Source: Eledone cirrhosa (lineage: Eukaryota). From it: a stretch of 64,000 nucleotides of DNA. Below are positions 25,157 through 38,153 of this stretch, piece after piece. Where the stretch lies: assembly GCA_964016885.1 (NCBI GenBank), contig OZ024747.1, forward strand, positions 57,474,001 through 57,538,000, read 5' to 3'. Each line of letters begins with the position of its first letter. Position 1 is the first letter of the stretch. The notes under the pieces are model-generated. The model did not search any database. It saw only the letters and a program-made list of their open reading frames with translations, and had not been told where the DNA came from. Position numbers and translations under genes: made by a program.

Positions 25157-25868
25157 CTACAATATGTTGAAAAGGCAACACACCAGAGAGAGATACAGTG
25201 CGCTATCAATAAAACAGGGAAAAACCACCAGTGTATGGAATCTATAACCTATGAAAGGCAGACTATAGACACGATAATTAAAAATATAAATTAAAGCGTA
25301 AATAAATACCCCTATAACTATATAACACACGTACAAATCCAAAGAGATCTGTTTCGCCAGTAAGTTGTTGACAGAAATGAAATAACCCCGGTTCGTCAGC
25401 GTGTGTAAGGCTAAAGAGCTCAGTATTTCCTCTCCTTTGAGCACATTATTTACAGGGAATGGCGAGAGTCTATGGCTCCGTTAATTTATCGTGATATTTC
25501 GCTCCTTAACAGTCTTTCCTCTCTCTCTGTTTGGTTTTGGGCTGCCGAACCGGGGTTATTTCATTTCTGTCAACAACTTACTGGCGAAACAGAACTCTTT
25601 GGATTTGTACGTGTGTTATATAGTTATAGAGGTATTTATTTACGCTTTAATTTATATTTTTAATTATCGTGTCTATAGTCTGCCTTTCCTAGGTTATAGA
25701 TTCCATACACTGGTGGTTTTTCCCTGTTTTATTGATAGCGCACTGTATCTCTCTCTGGTGTGTTGCCTTTTCAACATATTGTATTTTAAAGAGCTCAGGA
25801 TTTCCTCTCCTTTGAGCACATTATTTACGGGAATCGCGAGAGTCTATGGCTCCGTTAATTTATCGTGG
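25157..25868 (+). mobile_element. PLE-like non-autonomous element: ~245-bp inverted arm + 375-bp period direct repeat, HHR-bearing, in (TA)n
   Basis: 25159-25400 is the inverse of 25541-25783; aaagagctcag...aatttatcgtg at 25413 and 25788. Confidence 0.8.
25325..25406 (-). ncRNA. Type I hammerhead ribozyme
   Basis: Minus strand reads acacacg-CTGACGA-accgg...ctggc-GAAA-cagatc(tctttg)gatttg-TA-cgtgtgt. The plus-strand copy at ~25541 has the mutated core CTGCCGA. Confidence 0.8.
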
Positions 25869-26343
25869 TATATATATATATATATATAACTATATATATA
25901 TAACTAAAATGGAAAATCTGCTTCGTAGAATCGAGACGTATCCTCGAGCTGGTCGTCAGAGAAACAATTGTAATATGTCCAATACATTCCTTTCGTCGCA
26001 ACACTGATTCTCCTTTTTCTGTGATGCTCTCCGAGGGCATCGAGTGCTCAGACGGCCTACCGCATACGGACGCTTTAAGCATCCAACACCAATTATATAT
26101 ATATAACTATATATATTTGTCTGTGCATGCTTCACAAGGAAAGCGACACCAGTTGTCAATCCAGTATTTCATCCACATGAAAGTGGATTTCTTGTCATTC
26201 CTCCATTACAAGAAACAGAAAACCAGAACGGAGAGAGAAAAAAGTATATGGTAGTGGAACACGTGTCTGTGTATATGTGTGTGCGTGCGTGTCTGTATAT
26301 GTGTGAATTAGGTATAATTCTGTGTATGTGTGTACGTATGCAG

Positions 26344-26379
<36 letters not shown>

Positions 26380-27082
26380 CTCTATATATTTGTGGGTGTT
26401 GTTGCGGTGTAATTCTGGAAGTGTGTGTATTTCCGAGAGTGTGTGTAATTCCGAGAGTGTGTGTAATTCTGGGAGTGTGTGTATTTGTGGGTGGGTGTAG
26501 TTATGTGCGAGTGTGCGTGGTGTATTTGTGGGTGTGATTTTAGTCTGATTAAAATGAACATTTAGCTTTGAATTATTTAAAATAATAATATAGAAACTAA
26601 TTAATTGAAAACATGCCTGACATTTCAATATTTATGTTTGTTTGTGTCTTTTTATTTAATTCAATAGGCTTGTACATTCTCATAATTTATTTAAAGTTAG
26701 AATTATTGATATTCCAAACATTTGCCTTGTTTATAGTCGTGTTATCTTTCCTGCTTGTTATGTTGTTTTTTATTCGTTAGCTTTCGCCATTTTTTCCGTG
26801 TCTAGCTTTACATTTCCAAACATAAAACAAAATAGTAATAAAAATAATAATAGTAATGTCGGACATTTACTTAAAAAGAAATAAATATAATGATATTATT
26901 ATTATAGGAGGAAAGAGAGCTGTTTTTAATCTTCTAAAAAATAGCTGCTTATTTATATATACAAATAACTGTTTTTGGGGGACAAGGTCAGCAATTTGAA
27001 GGGAAGAAGGAAGAAAGTTAATGAAATAGATTCCGTAAAGACGAAAGGCAAAGCTAACCTTGCAGTGAATGTGCTTTATTAT

Positions 27083-27272
27083 TTGGATTGGCAGTATCGG
27101 TAGAGGGTCAGACGCCATGCTTTGAAGCATAGAGTTACGGCCCTTGCCATTCTGAGTTCAAATCCCGCCGAGGTTAACTTCGCTTTTCATCCTTATGGGG
27201 TCGATAAAATAAAGTACCAGTAATACACTGGGTAATTGCTGGCCTTGTGCCAAAAGTAGAAACAATTATTAT
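27083..27272 (+). mobile_element. OK-like tRNA-derived SINE
   Basis: A box tggcagtatcgg, B box gagttcaaatcc, tail aaacaattattatt. Confidence 0.85.
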
Positions 27273-27831
27273 TTTTGGCAATATTAGGGCAACATGACCC
27301 TTCCAAAATATAACAATATCTGTTACATCACACGATTTTATATAAAAAAAAACTTACAAAACTTTTCACAATAATTTTATTCAAGAAACTGCGTTTTGTT
27401 ATTTATATGAGCTTAATAATTTTTCAAACGAGAATGTCGGTTATTTTGACTTTTCTACTTAACCGGTATTTCATTTATATCTGCACCGAAAGGATGAAAG
27501 GCGAAGTTGACCTCGGTGGGATTTGAACTCAGAAATTAGAATGTTATAACTAAATACCACAAAGTATTTTCTCGACGCTCTACCGATTCTGCCATTCCAT
27601 CACACTAGGCACCACATTATTTATTACAACATAGGTACAAGGCCAGCAATTTGGATGAAAGGGTAAGTTGATTATATTTCAATGGTTCTTTATTGATCTC
27701 GAGGTGAAAGACAAATTTGACCTCGGCAGGATTTTGTCCGACGCTCTAATTACCCCGTCAGTCTGCCACCTTAAAACATCAATTTGATAATTAGAAAGTT
27801 ATGTTACCAAACCTCGGCAAATTCTTGATTG

Positions 27832-28095
27832 TTTAATGCAGAGGAAAGAAAAACATACAAATACCAGAGATTGTCCGGCCGCTTTCTCTTCGCACCGTTT
27901 GCCATCGAGACCTCAGGCGTTTCCGGACCCCATACTTCCGAGCTCCTCCGTAAAATTGCAAAGTCAGCTCCCCGACTGAGGAAGGAGCCCCGCGGGATGA
28001 GGTGGTTGTTGCAGCGGGTGTCGTTGGCCATCGCCCGCGGATATGTTTTTGCGATCTTGTCCGTTGGGCGCAGCCCCAACACAACCACACCTTAG
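27832..28095 (+). pseudogene. CRE-clade (RLE-type) non-LTR retrotransposon C-terminal fragment
   Basis: AEERKTYKY...FAPFAIETSG..G...LLQRVSLAIARG matches the K..KY / P.A.ET.G / QR.S.A..RGN pattern of CRE elements. Confidence 0.75.
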
Positions 28096-28769
28096 GTCCA
28101 GAAACCATCGTCATCACCTTCCCCCTTTCTTTCTCCTGTAACCACATAGTCCATGTTTTTCCCCTCCCTTTCATCACATTTATGGCCTTCATAGCCCTTT
28201 CCTCTACTTTCCCATACAGCCAGATCTGCCCTTCTCTACCCCTTGCTCAATATACTAATTATATGAATGTGAGATTAATAAGAAATAGTTGAGGTCAATA
28301 TTAGAAATATGGTAACGAAATAGTTATGTTAGCACCGCCAAAATTCTCATATTAGTGTTGTTAAAGATAATATTTTTGTCAGCTTATTCGACCTCCCATA
28401 TGGTTGCTTTGAGCGATTTATTGATAGGGTAGGATGGAGGACTCATTCCTTTCATGTGACTTTTCAGGTGACAGAGAGCAGAATCAGAACAAATACCTTA
28501 AGTCAGTTTATCCTACGTTTAAAAGATTGCCACTTCACAGATTTTAGTGCTACTATATTCATGCACATGCTTATGAATTTCTACAGCATACACCCTACAC
28601 ACATGTTTATAAAATATATGCGTATATACATACACAAACGCACACGCATATATACATATATGTGTGTGCGTGTTTTTGTGTGTGTGTTTGTGTGGGTGTG
28701 TGTGTGTGGTTAACCTGAGTTTTTCGAATATTAATAATAATATTCGATTCGTTTGCAATTATGCAATTG

Positions 28770-28830
<61 letters not shown>

Positions 28831-29020
28831 TATATATATACATACACACACATAACTGTATGTGTCTGTGTACCTAAGTATGTATGCTTTTCCAGGTAGT
28901 TTTCTGTATCGAACTAAACAAAGCTATCAGCTAAATGCACCGAACTATAAGTGGGTGAGAATGAATTCTAGTAAACATCATTGATTTCCAATGAAACATT
29001 TTAAACGGAATTTTTTCTAT

Positions 29021-29097
<77 letters not shown>

Positions 29098-29100
<3 letters not shown>

Positions 29101-29710
29101 TAAATCACTGATGAGGGACTCATTTTATAACATGTTATCCATGTGCAACCAGCAGTATTCTTCTCACCCATATTTTCATATATTTACCCAAACTGCAATT
29201 CTGTGTTTCTCTCTTTCTCTCTTACTGCTCCCTCGTTCTCTCTGTTTCTCTTACTTTCTTTCGTCCCCTCTGCCATGTCAGTTAACTCTTTCTCTCTACT
29301 GACCTCTTCCTCGCACTCCAACTCACTCAGTCCCTGTTTCTCCCCTTCTTTCTTCCTCCTGTTCGCTGGGAAAACGGTTTTCATTCTTTCTAACACTGGA
29401 TTCACTAGCGAAAGGTCTGTTTTCTGACTCGCTCATATATTCACACAGCTTATGCTGAAAGAATAACCATGTTGCTTGTGTTTATTTCCATCTTCGGTTA
29501 GCTTCCCCCTGTGTTCTTTACTTGACTCACTCGCTTTACGCGTTTCTATTGTCCTAATAACTTATTTTAGTTATTATCGCTCCAACGTGAGGTATATGAT
29601 TTTTAATGCGATGAAATACCCATGATCGTTTGGTAAATCACTGATGACGGATTCATTTTATAACATGTTATCCATGTGCAACCAGCAGTATTCTTCTCAC
29701 CCATATTTTG
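29098..29710. mobile_element. ~533-bp-unit element with terminal direct repeat in (TA)n (family copy at 36800-37375)
   Basis: tggtaaatcactgatga...ttctcacccatatttt at 29098-29177 and 29631-29709. Confidence 0.75.
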
Positions 29711-29730
29711 ATATATATATATATATATAT

Positions 29731-30478
29731 ATTCGTAGGGAAATGGAAAACCTCGGCGTACGAAAGCTGTTAAAACAACAAAATACCGTCGAAACAGCGT
29801 TGGGTAAAATATTACCCCGAAGGACAGAGATCAGCGGCTCGATGTGAGCTGACTCGGAGGAAAGAAAAGAAGATAGGAAGGAAGAAATAAAATGGATGAA
29901 TGAGAACAGGACACATACATTAAAATATGATCTTCAGATCATTAAATTAATTCGCTGGTGGCGAAAATGGCCCGGGTGAATGGGCCTTCTCTGTACATAA
30001 ACCTGTAGGTTGAGGAAGATAAACAGAGGGAAGACAGGAACACCTACAAAACGTGTCCTGGTGTTGGGGGTTGTTCTATCCACGGGGTGTCAAACAATCC
30101 CGCAGTATCGTTACCCCCCCCCCCCCCCCCTCCCCCCCTCCCCACCACCATTATGGGGATTTCAATTGTTTTATTTTATATAGTTTATTGTTATTTATCA
30201 TTGTTAAAAATTTTATGTAAAACCCCCGCCGTCACGTCTTGTGCGCCCTTGTGGCTAATAAAGAAATATACCTACCTACCTACCCACCTACCTACCTACC
30301 TTCCAACCTACCTACCCCCCTCCCTCCCTACCCACCTACTTACCTAACTAACATATTTTAAAGTTCGTCACTTGTTCTCCTTCATCCATTCTATATCTTC
30401 CTTCCCAACGCCGCTATGACGATATTTTTCTGTTTTACCAGCTTGCATACGCCGAGTGTTTCCATTTCCATACGAATT
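29731..30478. repeat. Diverged fold-back element whose loop contains a Tx1-like insertion
   Basis: 29731-29805 and 29876-29928 pair with 30404-30478 and 30352-30404. Confidence 0.7.
29958..30346 (+). mobile_element. 5'-truncated Tx1/L1-like 3' end with a (TACC)n tail
   Basis: gtggcgaaaatggcccgggtgaatgggccttc...tag matches 496-560; ends gcccttgtggctaataaagaaata. Confidence 0.8.
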
Positions 30479-30548
30479 CTAATACACTCGCGTCTCAAAA
30501 CTTGATATTCGAGTTAATTTATATATATACAAATATATATATATATAA

Positions 30549-30608
<60 letters not shown>

Positions 30609-30649
30609 TATAAACCTGTTTTAACGGTATCTACTCTTTTGTATTTATT

Positions 30650-30695
<46 letters not shown>

Positions 30696-30698
<3 letters not shown>

Positions 30699-30744
30699 TC
30701 AGAAGATCCCGTTAAGGGTGAAAGCAGCGATTCTTTGCTTAAAC
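30696..30744 (+). ncRNA. Minimal HHR remnant with one core substitution (CAGAAGA)
   Basis: gttt-CAGAAGA-tccc(gttaa)gggt-GAAA-gca...tgc-TT-aaac, lying between (TA)n tracts. Confidence 0.55.
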
Positions 30745-30761
30745 TTTAATCTGTTATTTTA

Positions 30762-30806
<45 letters not shown>

Positions 30807-31449
30807 CACAAATACTTATATATATATATATATATGATATACATACACAAATATATATATATACATACACAAATACTTATGTATATACACACACACGTAT
30901 ATATTTAACAGAGGTCTGCCAAAATGTGGCTGACTTTATAGTTTTCCTGTGGGAAATAATCACGTTAGGGGACTCAAAAGTGTGCAGTGGAGCCTCACAT
31001 GTTAATGTGCATACGTCGTTTTTGGGTGGGCTCGTAAAGCGTTCTTTTCTACACTCCAAAGATTGCCATTTCACAGGCCCTGTCAAAATGTTACTAGGCT
31101 GTAATGTTCTGTACTACTTACTCGTCACATTTTTATATCTCCTGATATTACCCCCACAAAACCCTAAGTTCCCGAATACCGTGATAAACTGAAGAAGAGA
31201 CGTAGGTGTAAGGGTATAGTTTGGAAACCAAAGCACAGTCATCATAGTGGAAGCATCCGAAGACCCTATAGAACCCCGCTTTCCGACCAATAACACATCA
31301 TGTGCGGAGTAACTTCAAGGTGATATTGATAGATTTCTATGACTACAGAGACATAGTGTAAGAAAGGGAGACATTTGGTGTCTTAGGCCCTAGCACCACT
31401 TCCCTACTCACCACTATCGGCATGGGGTGGGCTACCCGCAGCTTCTTTT

Positions 31450-31776
31450 TATGCCTTTCAATCTATTTCTTTATCAGGCTCTCTCCCTTTCTCATTTTTT
31501 TCATTTTCTTCCTCACCCTTGCTCTCCCCTCTCACACTTCTCCTATAAGTTTCTTTTCCTCTTTCTCTTTCTATCTCGTGTTCTCTTCCTCCACTACCTC
31601 TTCATCTATTTCCCTCTCCTCCTCCCTCTCCTCTCTTTTACTTTATATCACTCACTTTTATTTACTTATCCTCCATGACACTTTCTTTATAAGTTTATAT
31701 TTTCTCCTATCTTTCTGATTCTTTCTCTGATATCTTTCTTTTTCTCTGTCTCTCCCTCCTCCCATCTCTCCTCGGA

Positions 31777-31828
<52 letters not shown>

Positions 31829-32251
31829 GCACCTTTACATTCATCTCAAAACCTCTCCCTCGCATTTCTACTTTCATCTATCGATTTCTCCCTCACACTG
31901 CTCCCTCATTTTCCTCTCATCTATAAATATTTTCCTCCTACCTCTCTCCTCTTTCTCACATCTCTCCTCCTGTTCGCCTTTTTCTTTCTCCCACTTCTCC
32001 CCATATCTGCTACTTTACCTCTCCATGTCTTTCTCTTACCCTTTCTCTCATGTGCCTCCCTCTCCTTCACATCTATCTAGCTCTCTCTCCAATAGTCCCC
32101 TTCATTGTATCTCCCTCTCTCCTATTTCTTCTCACATCTGTTTTTTAATTCTTTTTCCCCCTTTCTCTCTCTTCTCTATGTTTTCAACTGTCTGTCTCTG
32201 TCTCTTTCCCTCATCCGTCTCCCCCTCTCTCTCTATCTATCTCTCTATCTT

Positions 32252-32314
<63 letters not shown>

Positions 32315-32530
32315 CTTATACCTCTCATCTTATCCCTCCCTCCCATTTATCTTCATATCTGTTACTTTCCTCCTCTCTGTCTCTCTCTCTCTCTTTCTCT
32401 TTCCCACAGTCTTCCTATCTTTCTCTTTCCCCACTCTCTCTCCCCCTCTCTCCCTCCTCTCAATATCCTTCCCTCTCCCTCCATCCTCCCTTCTCTCTCT
32501 GACCCTATCTCTCCCCTTTTCCCTCTATTT
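31450..32530. repeat. Polypyrimidine (CT-rich) low-complexity tract with (CT)n and (TATC)n
   Basis: Directly visible. Confidence 0.85.
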
Positions 32531-32946
32531 CTATATTTACTTGCTATTATTCTTTGTATGTTCTACTACCAATTTCTGAGTCTGTTAATCTCAAAGAAAC
32601 CTGGCAGAATTCCAACTGAGCTGCAATGAAGGTTTATTTCAAAAATGGTTTGTTCAATACAAGCGTATTGTTGATATAAAGGTTACATTGCTAGTTGTGC
32701 TTTGTTTAAAATCATTCGAAAGCAGTTGATAATTAATATGGCATATTGGAAAAAATGATAAGTAGGAGATGGGAGTACACTATATATAGAAATCTATGTA
32801 TTTATATAATAATGTTTGTATCTAGGGTAATAACGATCGTAAATACAAGCCGCCGAAATGGATTTATTCCGAAGGGTCTCTGGAGTAACGGTACTCCATA
32901 GAGTACGTAGCTTGGAGATCAAAGAGTTACTCCAGGTAGAGCCGCT

Positions 32947-33247
32947 AAAAAAAAAAAAAAGTCTAAAGTCTGTCTTACGCCAGAAGGCTCATTTGGCCGG
33001 TACTTATCCCGGTTTCATGGCGTGAAGCGACTGAGAATACAAGACTCCCCCTTGGACAGGACGCCAGTCCATTGCAGGGTTAAACCTCCAGCTATTGCTG
33101 GTACTCATTTTCAGCTGAGTAAACTGGAGCAACGTGAAATAAAGTGTCTTGCTCAAGGAAACAACACATCACCCGGTCCGAGAATTGAACTCACAACCTT
33201 TCAATTGCAAGCCCAATGCTCTAACCACTAAGCCATTTGCCTTCATT
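32947..33247 (-). mobile_element. tRNA-derived CORE-like SINE with target-site duplication
   Basis: Minus-strand head tggcttagtggttagagc...gagttcaattc; CORE-like ccttgagcaagacactt; TSD ggtagagccg(c/t)ta at ~32935 and ~33248. Confidence 0.8.
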
Positions 33248-33336
33248 GGTAGAGCCGTTACTTCTCCGAATTTAGAGATCAGATCTCCTATACTATTGGC
33301 ATGTCGTTAGAATGTCTAAAAAAAAAAAAAAAAAAT

Positions 33337-33552
33337 CGCTGGACAGATTTTAAGGGCAAACCCAACTGGTAGGAGACCCAGGGATAAACCCTGAGCTAGA
33401 TGGTTTGAATAATATCCATGAGCTTGGCTGGTCTTGTTTGAGGATCCAGTCGGATCAGTCGGAGACGGTTGCTTCTGACAGGACCCACTGGAGGGAGGGT
33501 TTGAGGACTCTGCTCCCACGACACTATCAGGAATAAGTGGACGAAGAAGATG
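33337..33552 (+). pseudogene. RTE-clade LINE 3' fragment (decayed)
   Basis: Translation includes ANPTGRRPRDKP..RW....VASDRTHWREGLRTLLPR, typical of an RTE C-terminus. Confidence 0.65.
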
Positions 33553-33742
33553 TTTGTATCTATCTATGTTCTTCTAGAGTTATGTGTTTTTAACTTCCTA
33601 CTTATAGAGAGTTAGCCGGTTTCTAATGCAGCAACAAAGGTCTTTCATAGGGATTTAGACAATGTCAACAAGGTAATTATGTATGGCAGTCTGCATATAT
33701 GTTTGTATGCAATTATATATATGTCCTTGTATGTATGTATGT

Positions 33743-33832
33743 CTTGGAGACGCAGGACATGGCAGCGATAATGAGGGACAGAGACCGCTGGAGAAAACTC
33801 GTCCATGGATCTCGGGAATTTTACCCGCCCTA
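33743..33832 (+). pseudogene. RTE-clade LINE extreme 3' fragment
   Basis: LETQDMAAIMRDRDRWRKLVHGSREFYPP-stop (M.DR..WR..V motif). Confidence 0.6.
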
Positions 33833-33979
33833 AACATATATATAAATACATACATATACATATATATAAATAAACGGAAAAAATGAAACGAAATTTCATT
33901 TCTCACTCTTAGTACGGCTGTTACTTAAATATAAGTATGTATACGTACATACATATATGTATACAGACGTGCAGTAGTA

Positions 33980-34055
<76 letters not shown>

Positions 34056-34241
34056 CATGCACACATATATATATGTACTTATGGATTCACCGAACATTTA
34101 TTATAATGCTCGGTGTGTTTGTAAACAAACATCTCGAATTAAGCCGTACAGTGTCTAGCAACCATCGTTGCTCATTTATTCATTATTATTATAATAAATG
34201 TTCCGTGAATCCATACGTACATATATATATATGTGTGCATG

Positions 34242-34277
<36 letters not shown>

Positions 34278-34841
34278 CATGTATATATATATGATAAATT
34301 TCGCGCCAGTTTGCGTTACAAAGTTCTTATTGTATTTGCCTTTAAATATATATAATAACAAACATAATTGAATATAAAAGAGAGATAAACACAGATATAC
34401 ACATTTATGTGCTCAAATCGTAAGGTACAAGATTCGCTAAGGTGAACAAAAATACTAACTATGGACAATAGGGTTTGCCAGACTCAATTTAAGAATAAAT
34501 CAAGAAAATAAATACAAACTGGAATTGTGGTAACTACCAATCATATGTATATATCTGTGTTTATCTCTCTTTTATATTCAATTATAATATACGGCTCGGA
34601 AAAATCTCTTTCCTAGAGCTATTTTATTGTAAGAGACTATTTTGAGTTCCTAACTCAATATAAACCTTTGATATAATAACAAACAAATTGTTTGTCGCTT
34701 TACATGGCTGAATATAATGAATGACACAATAGCAAGGATCCCGGTGTCATTCTATTGACATGGCTTTAAAGGGGCTCTTTGAATAATTGCAAACGAATCG
34801 AATATTATTATTAATATTCGAGAAACTCAGATTACATTTAT

Positions 34842-34953
<112 letters not shown>

Positions 34954-34989
34954 ATGTATGTATGTATATATATATATATATGTGTGATA

Positions 34990-35173
34990 TGGATTGGCAG
35001 TATCGGTAGAGAGTCGGACGCCATGATCTCCAGCATAGTTACGTCCCTTTACGATCTGAGTTCAAATCCCGCCGAGGTTAACTTTGCCTTTCATCCTTAC
35101 GGAGTCGATGAAATAAAGTACCAGTAATGTACCGGGTAATTGCTGGCCTTGTGCCAAATGTAGAAACAATTAT
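34990..35173 (+). mobile_element. OK-like tRNA-SINE
   Basis: Matches the family consensus. Confidence 0.85.
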
Positions 35174-35189
35174 GTGAGCAACATGTGAT

Positions 35190-35366
35190 TAATAGTGGCG
35201 CTGGCGAGATCGCTAAATCGCCTAATGACATTGAAAATTTGAAATTATTTTTGCTCAGTATTACATGTGTAAAGTTTGAAAACAGTCGGTTGGGTGGTTC
35301 TCGAGTTTTAGGGATTCGAACTCACACACACACAGACATACATCCTCAGTTTTATATATATAGATT
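35190..35366 (-). mobile_element. Possible short non-autonomous Helitron-like element
   Basis: Minus strand begins a|TCtatatatataaaa followed by a (TG)n/(TCTG) tract and ends with a short GC hairpin (gcgatctcgc) and CTAT. Confidence 0.4.
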
Positions 35367-35386
35367 ACAAACGTTTCTATATTGAT

Positions 35387-35538
35387 CAGCTTGGGATTGA
35401 TCAGGCGATCGGATCCCGACACTTAATCGACACTTCTTCTGATATGAGAGTTTAGATGGGTGGTCCATGTAAACTCTCCTATCTGAAGAGGTGTCAATTA
35501 AGAGTCTCGGTCCGATCACCTGATCAAATCCAAGCTGG
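35387..35538. repeat. Imperfect ~73-bp-arm inverted repeat
   Basis: cagcttgggattgatcagg...tagatgg / ccatgtaaac...cctgatcaaatccaagctg. Confidence 0.8.
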
Positions 35539-35647
35539 GTTCAATCGGGTTTCTCAATACCAATACATTAGTAGAATGATGTTTTCTTTTGAATGAAACA
35601 GTTCTACTCCTGTTCTACTCCCGTAGAAGGTATTTCTATAATGAACA

Positions 35648-35837
<190 letters not shown>

Positions 35838-35944
35838 CATATATATATATATACATACATTGTGTATATATATATATATATATATATATACATACATATA
35901 TATTTGTGTATATATATACCTCTTACTACTTTTCTATTGGTCAA

Positions 35945-36108
35945 TGTATATGTGAAGGTATGTATATTTCCTCTGATAGTTTGTAATATTTTTACATAGA
36001 TCTATATGATATACATACCAACACACATATATATCCTAGAAACGATCGTAAAATGATGAATTTTTTAATATAAGGAACTTGTTCTTTATTTTTATTCATT
36101 GTTTTTAT
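35945..36108 (+). mobile_element. 5'-truncated Naiad-type pLTR fragment (HHR 3' half)
   Basis: aggtatgt...tacatagatc...ctagaaacgatcgtaaaat...aatataaggaa, homologous to 9340-9490. Confidence 0.75.
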
Positions 36109-36110
36109 TA

Positions 36111-36174
<64 letters not shown>

Positions 36175-36326
36175 GTGTATACGTATATATATATAAGGAA
36201 ACGGCTCAATTGAACTAAGAATATAAATTTAAGTAAACCATTCCCCAGGTGAGGTACTGAATGACACGTAAAAGTTTCATTTAATTGAAATTCCACCTAA
36301 TATAAGTCAATAATATATATGTGTGT

Positions 36327-36447
<121 letters not shown>

Positions 36448-36747
36448 GTATATATATATTTATCTCTATATATATGTATATATATACATATATATATGCA
36501 TATATATATGTATTTCTGTATATATATATGTATGTATATATATATATATATATATATTGGAAAATGTGTGTAATCCTTGGTACAGTTAGGTATAAAATAA
36601 ATTTTTTTTAGGAAAAAAAAAAAAAAATTTTTTTTCTAATCCGGGAAAAAAATTATTTTTGGATTTTGTGAAGAAAATAAATTTGTTGAAAGCACAAGTG
36701 AAGCCATTTTTTCTTCCCCCTGTCTTAATATATATATATACATATAT

Positions 36748-36799
<52 letters not shown>

Positions 36800-36801
<2 letters not shown>

Positions 36802-37369
36802 AAACCCATGTGCAACCACGCAGTATTCTTCTTTCTTCTCATCTTTTTTATATATATTTACCTCGGCTGCGTTTGTCTGTTTCTCTCTTACTGCTTCCCC
36901 GTTCTCTCTGTTGCTCTCACCTTCTTTCGCCCCCTCTGTCAGTTACACTTTCTCTCGACTGACCTCTTCCTCGCACTTCCACACACTCACTCTCTGTTTC
37001 TCCCCTTCTCACTTCCTCCCGTTTGGCTTGTAGTGGGTTCTCTTCTCGCTCACATCTCACTCACGTCGGACGGTCTGTATCTTGATCGCTCATGAAATCC
37101 ACCCAGCTTATGCTGACCGGATAACCATGTTGCTTGTTTATTCCTATCTTTGCGTTGCTTTCATCCTTTTATGTTGTTTATTTGTCCCCCTCGCTTTACG
37201 CGATTTACTTGTCCCAATAGCTTTATTTAGCTATTGCTCGCACCAACCTGAGGTATATGATTTTTAATGCGATGAAATATCAATGATGGTTGGCAAATCA
37301 CTGACGAAGGACTATTTTGATCATATGTAACCCATGTGCAACCACGTAGTATTCTTCTTTCTTCTCATG

Positions 37370-37375
<6 letters not shown>
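36800..37375. mobile_element. Second copy of the ~530-bp-unit terminally redundant element
   Basis: aacccatgtgcaaccacg at 36803 and 37329; body aligns to 29140-29700. Confidence 0.75.
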
Positions 37376-37423
<48 letters not shown>

Positions 37424-37536
37424 TGCACTCACGTATCTACATAACATTAGTGCGATGTGAAGTAATTATAGTTACTTATTCTGAACATATTTTTGTTGAC
37501 TTTTCCCATTTTTGAATATATATACATGCATACATA

Positions 37537-37618
<82 letters not shown>

Positions 37619-37643
37619 ACAAAACAGCTCGCCATTTTTCATT

Positions 37644-37716
<73 letters not shown>

Positions 37717-37890
37717 GTGTGTGTGTGTGTGTATGTATGCATGTGTATATTTGTGTGTATTTGTCTGTGTTTATGTGAGAGTATGTATTAATGGCATACT
37801 ATATTTTAGCAAGAAAAGATATATAACAAGACAACTCGAATAGACATCAACATTACTATAGTATTACTTAACAACAACAATAATAATAAA

Positions 37891-37934
<44 letters not shown>

Positions 37935-37959
37935 TTATAACGACAATAACAACAACACG

Positions 37960-38153
37960 ATAATAATAATTGTTTCTACGTTAGGCACAAGGCCAGCAAT
38001 TACCCAGTGCATTACCGGTACTTTATTTTATCGACCCCGTAAGGATGAAAGGCAAAGTCAACCTCGGCGGGATTTGAACTCAGATCGTAAAGGGACGTAA
38101 CTATGCTGGAAAGCATGGCGTCCGACCCTCTACCGATACTGCCAATCCACCGC
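37960..38153 (-). mobile_element. OK-like tRNA-SINE, full length
   Basis: Reverse complement of the consensus. Confidence 0.85.

Noticed and set aside
25910-26080. CTGACGA-containing HHR on the minus strand
   Set aside because: No matching GAAA, stem III and stem I could be built.
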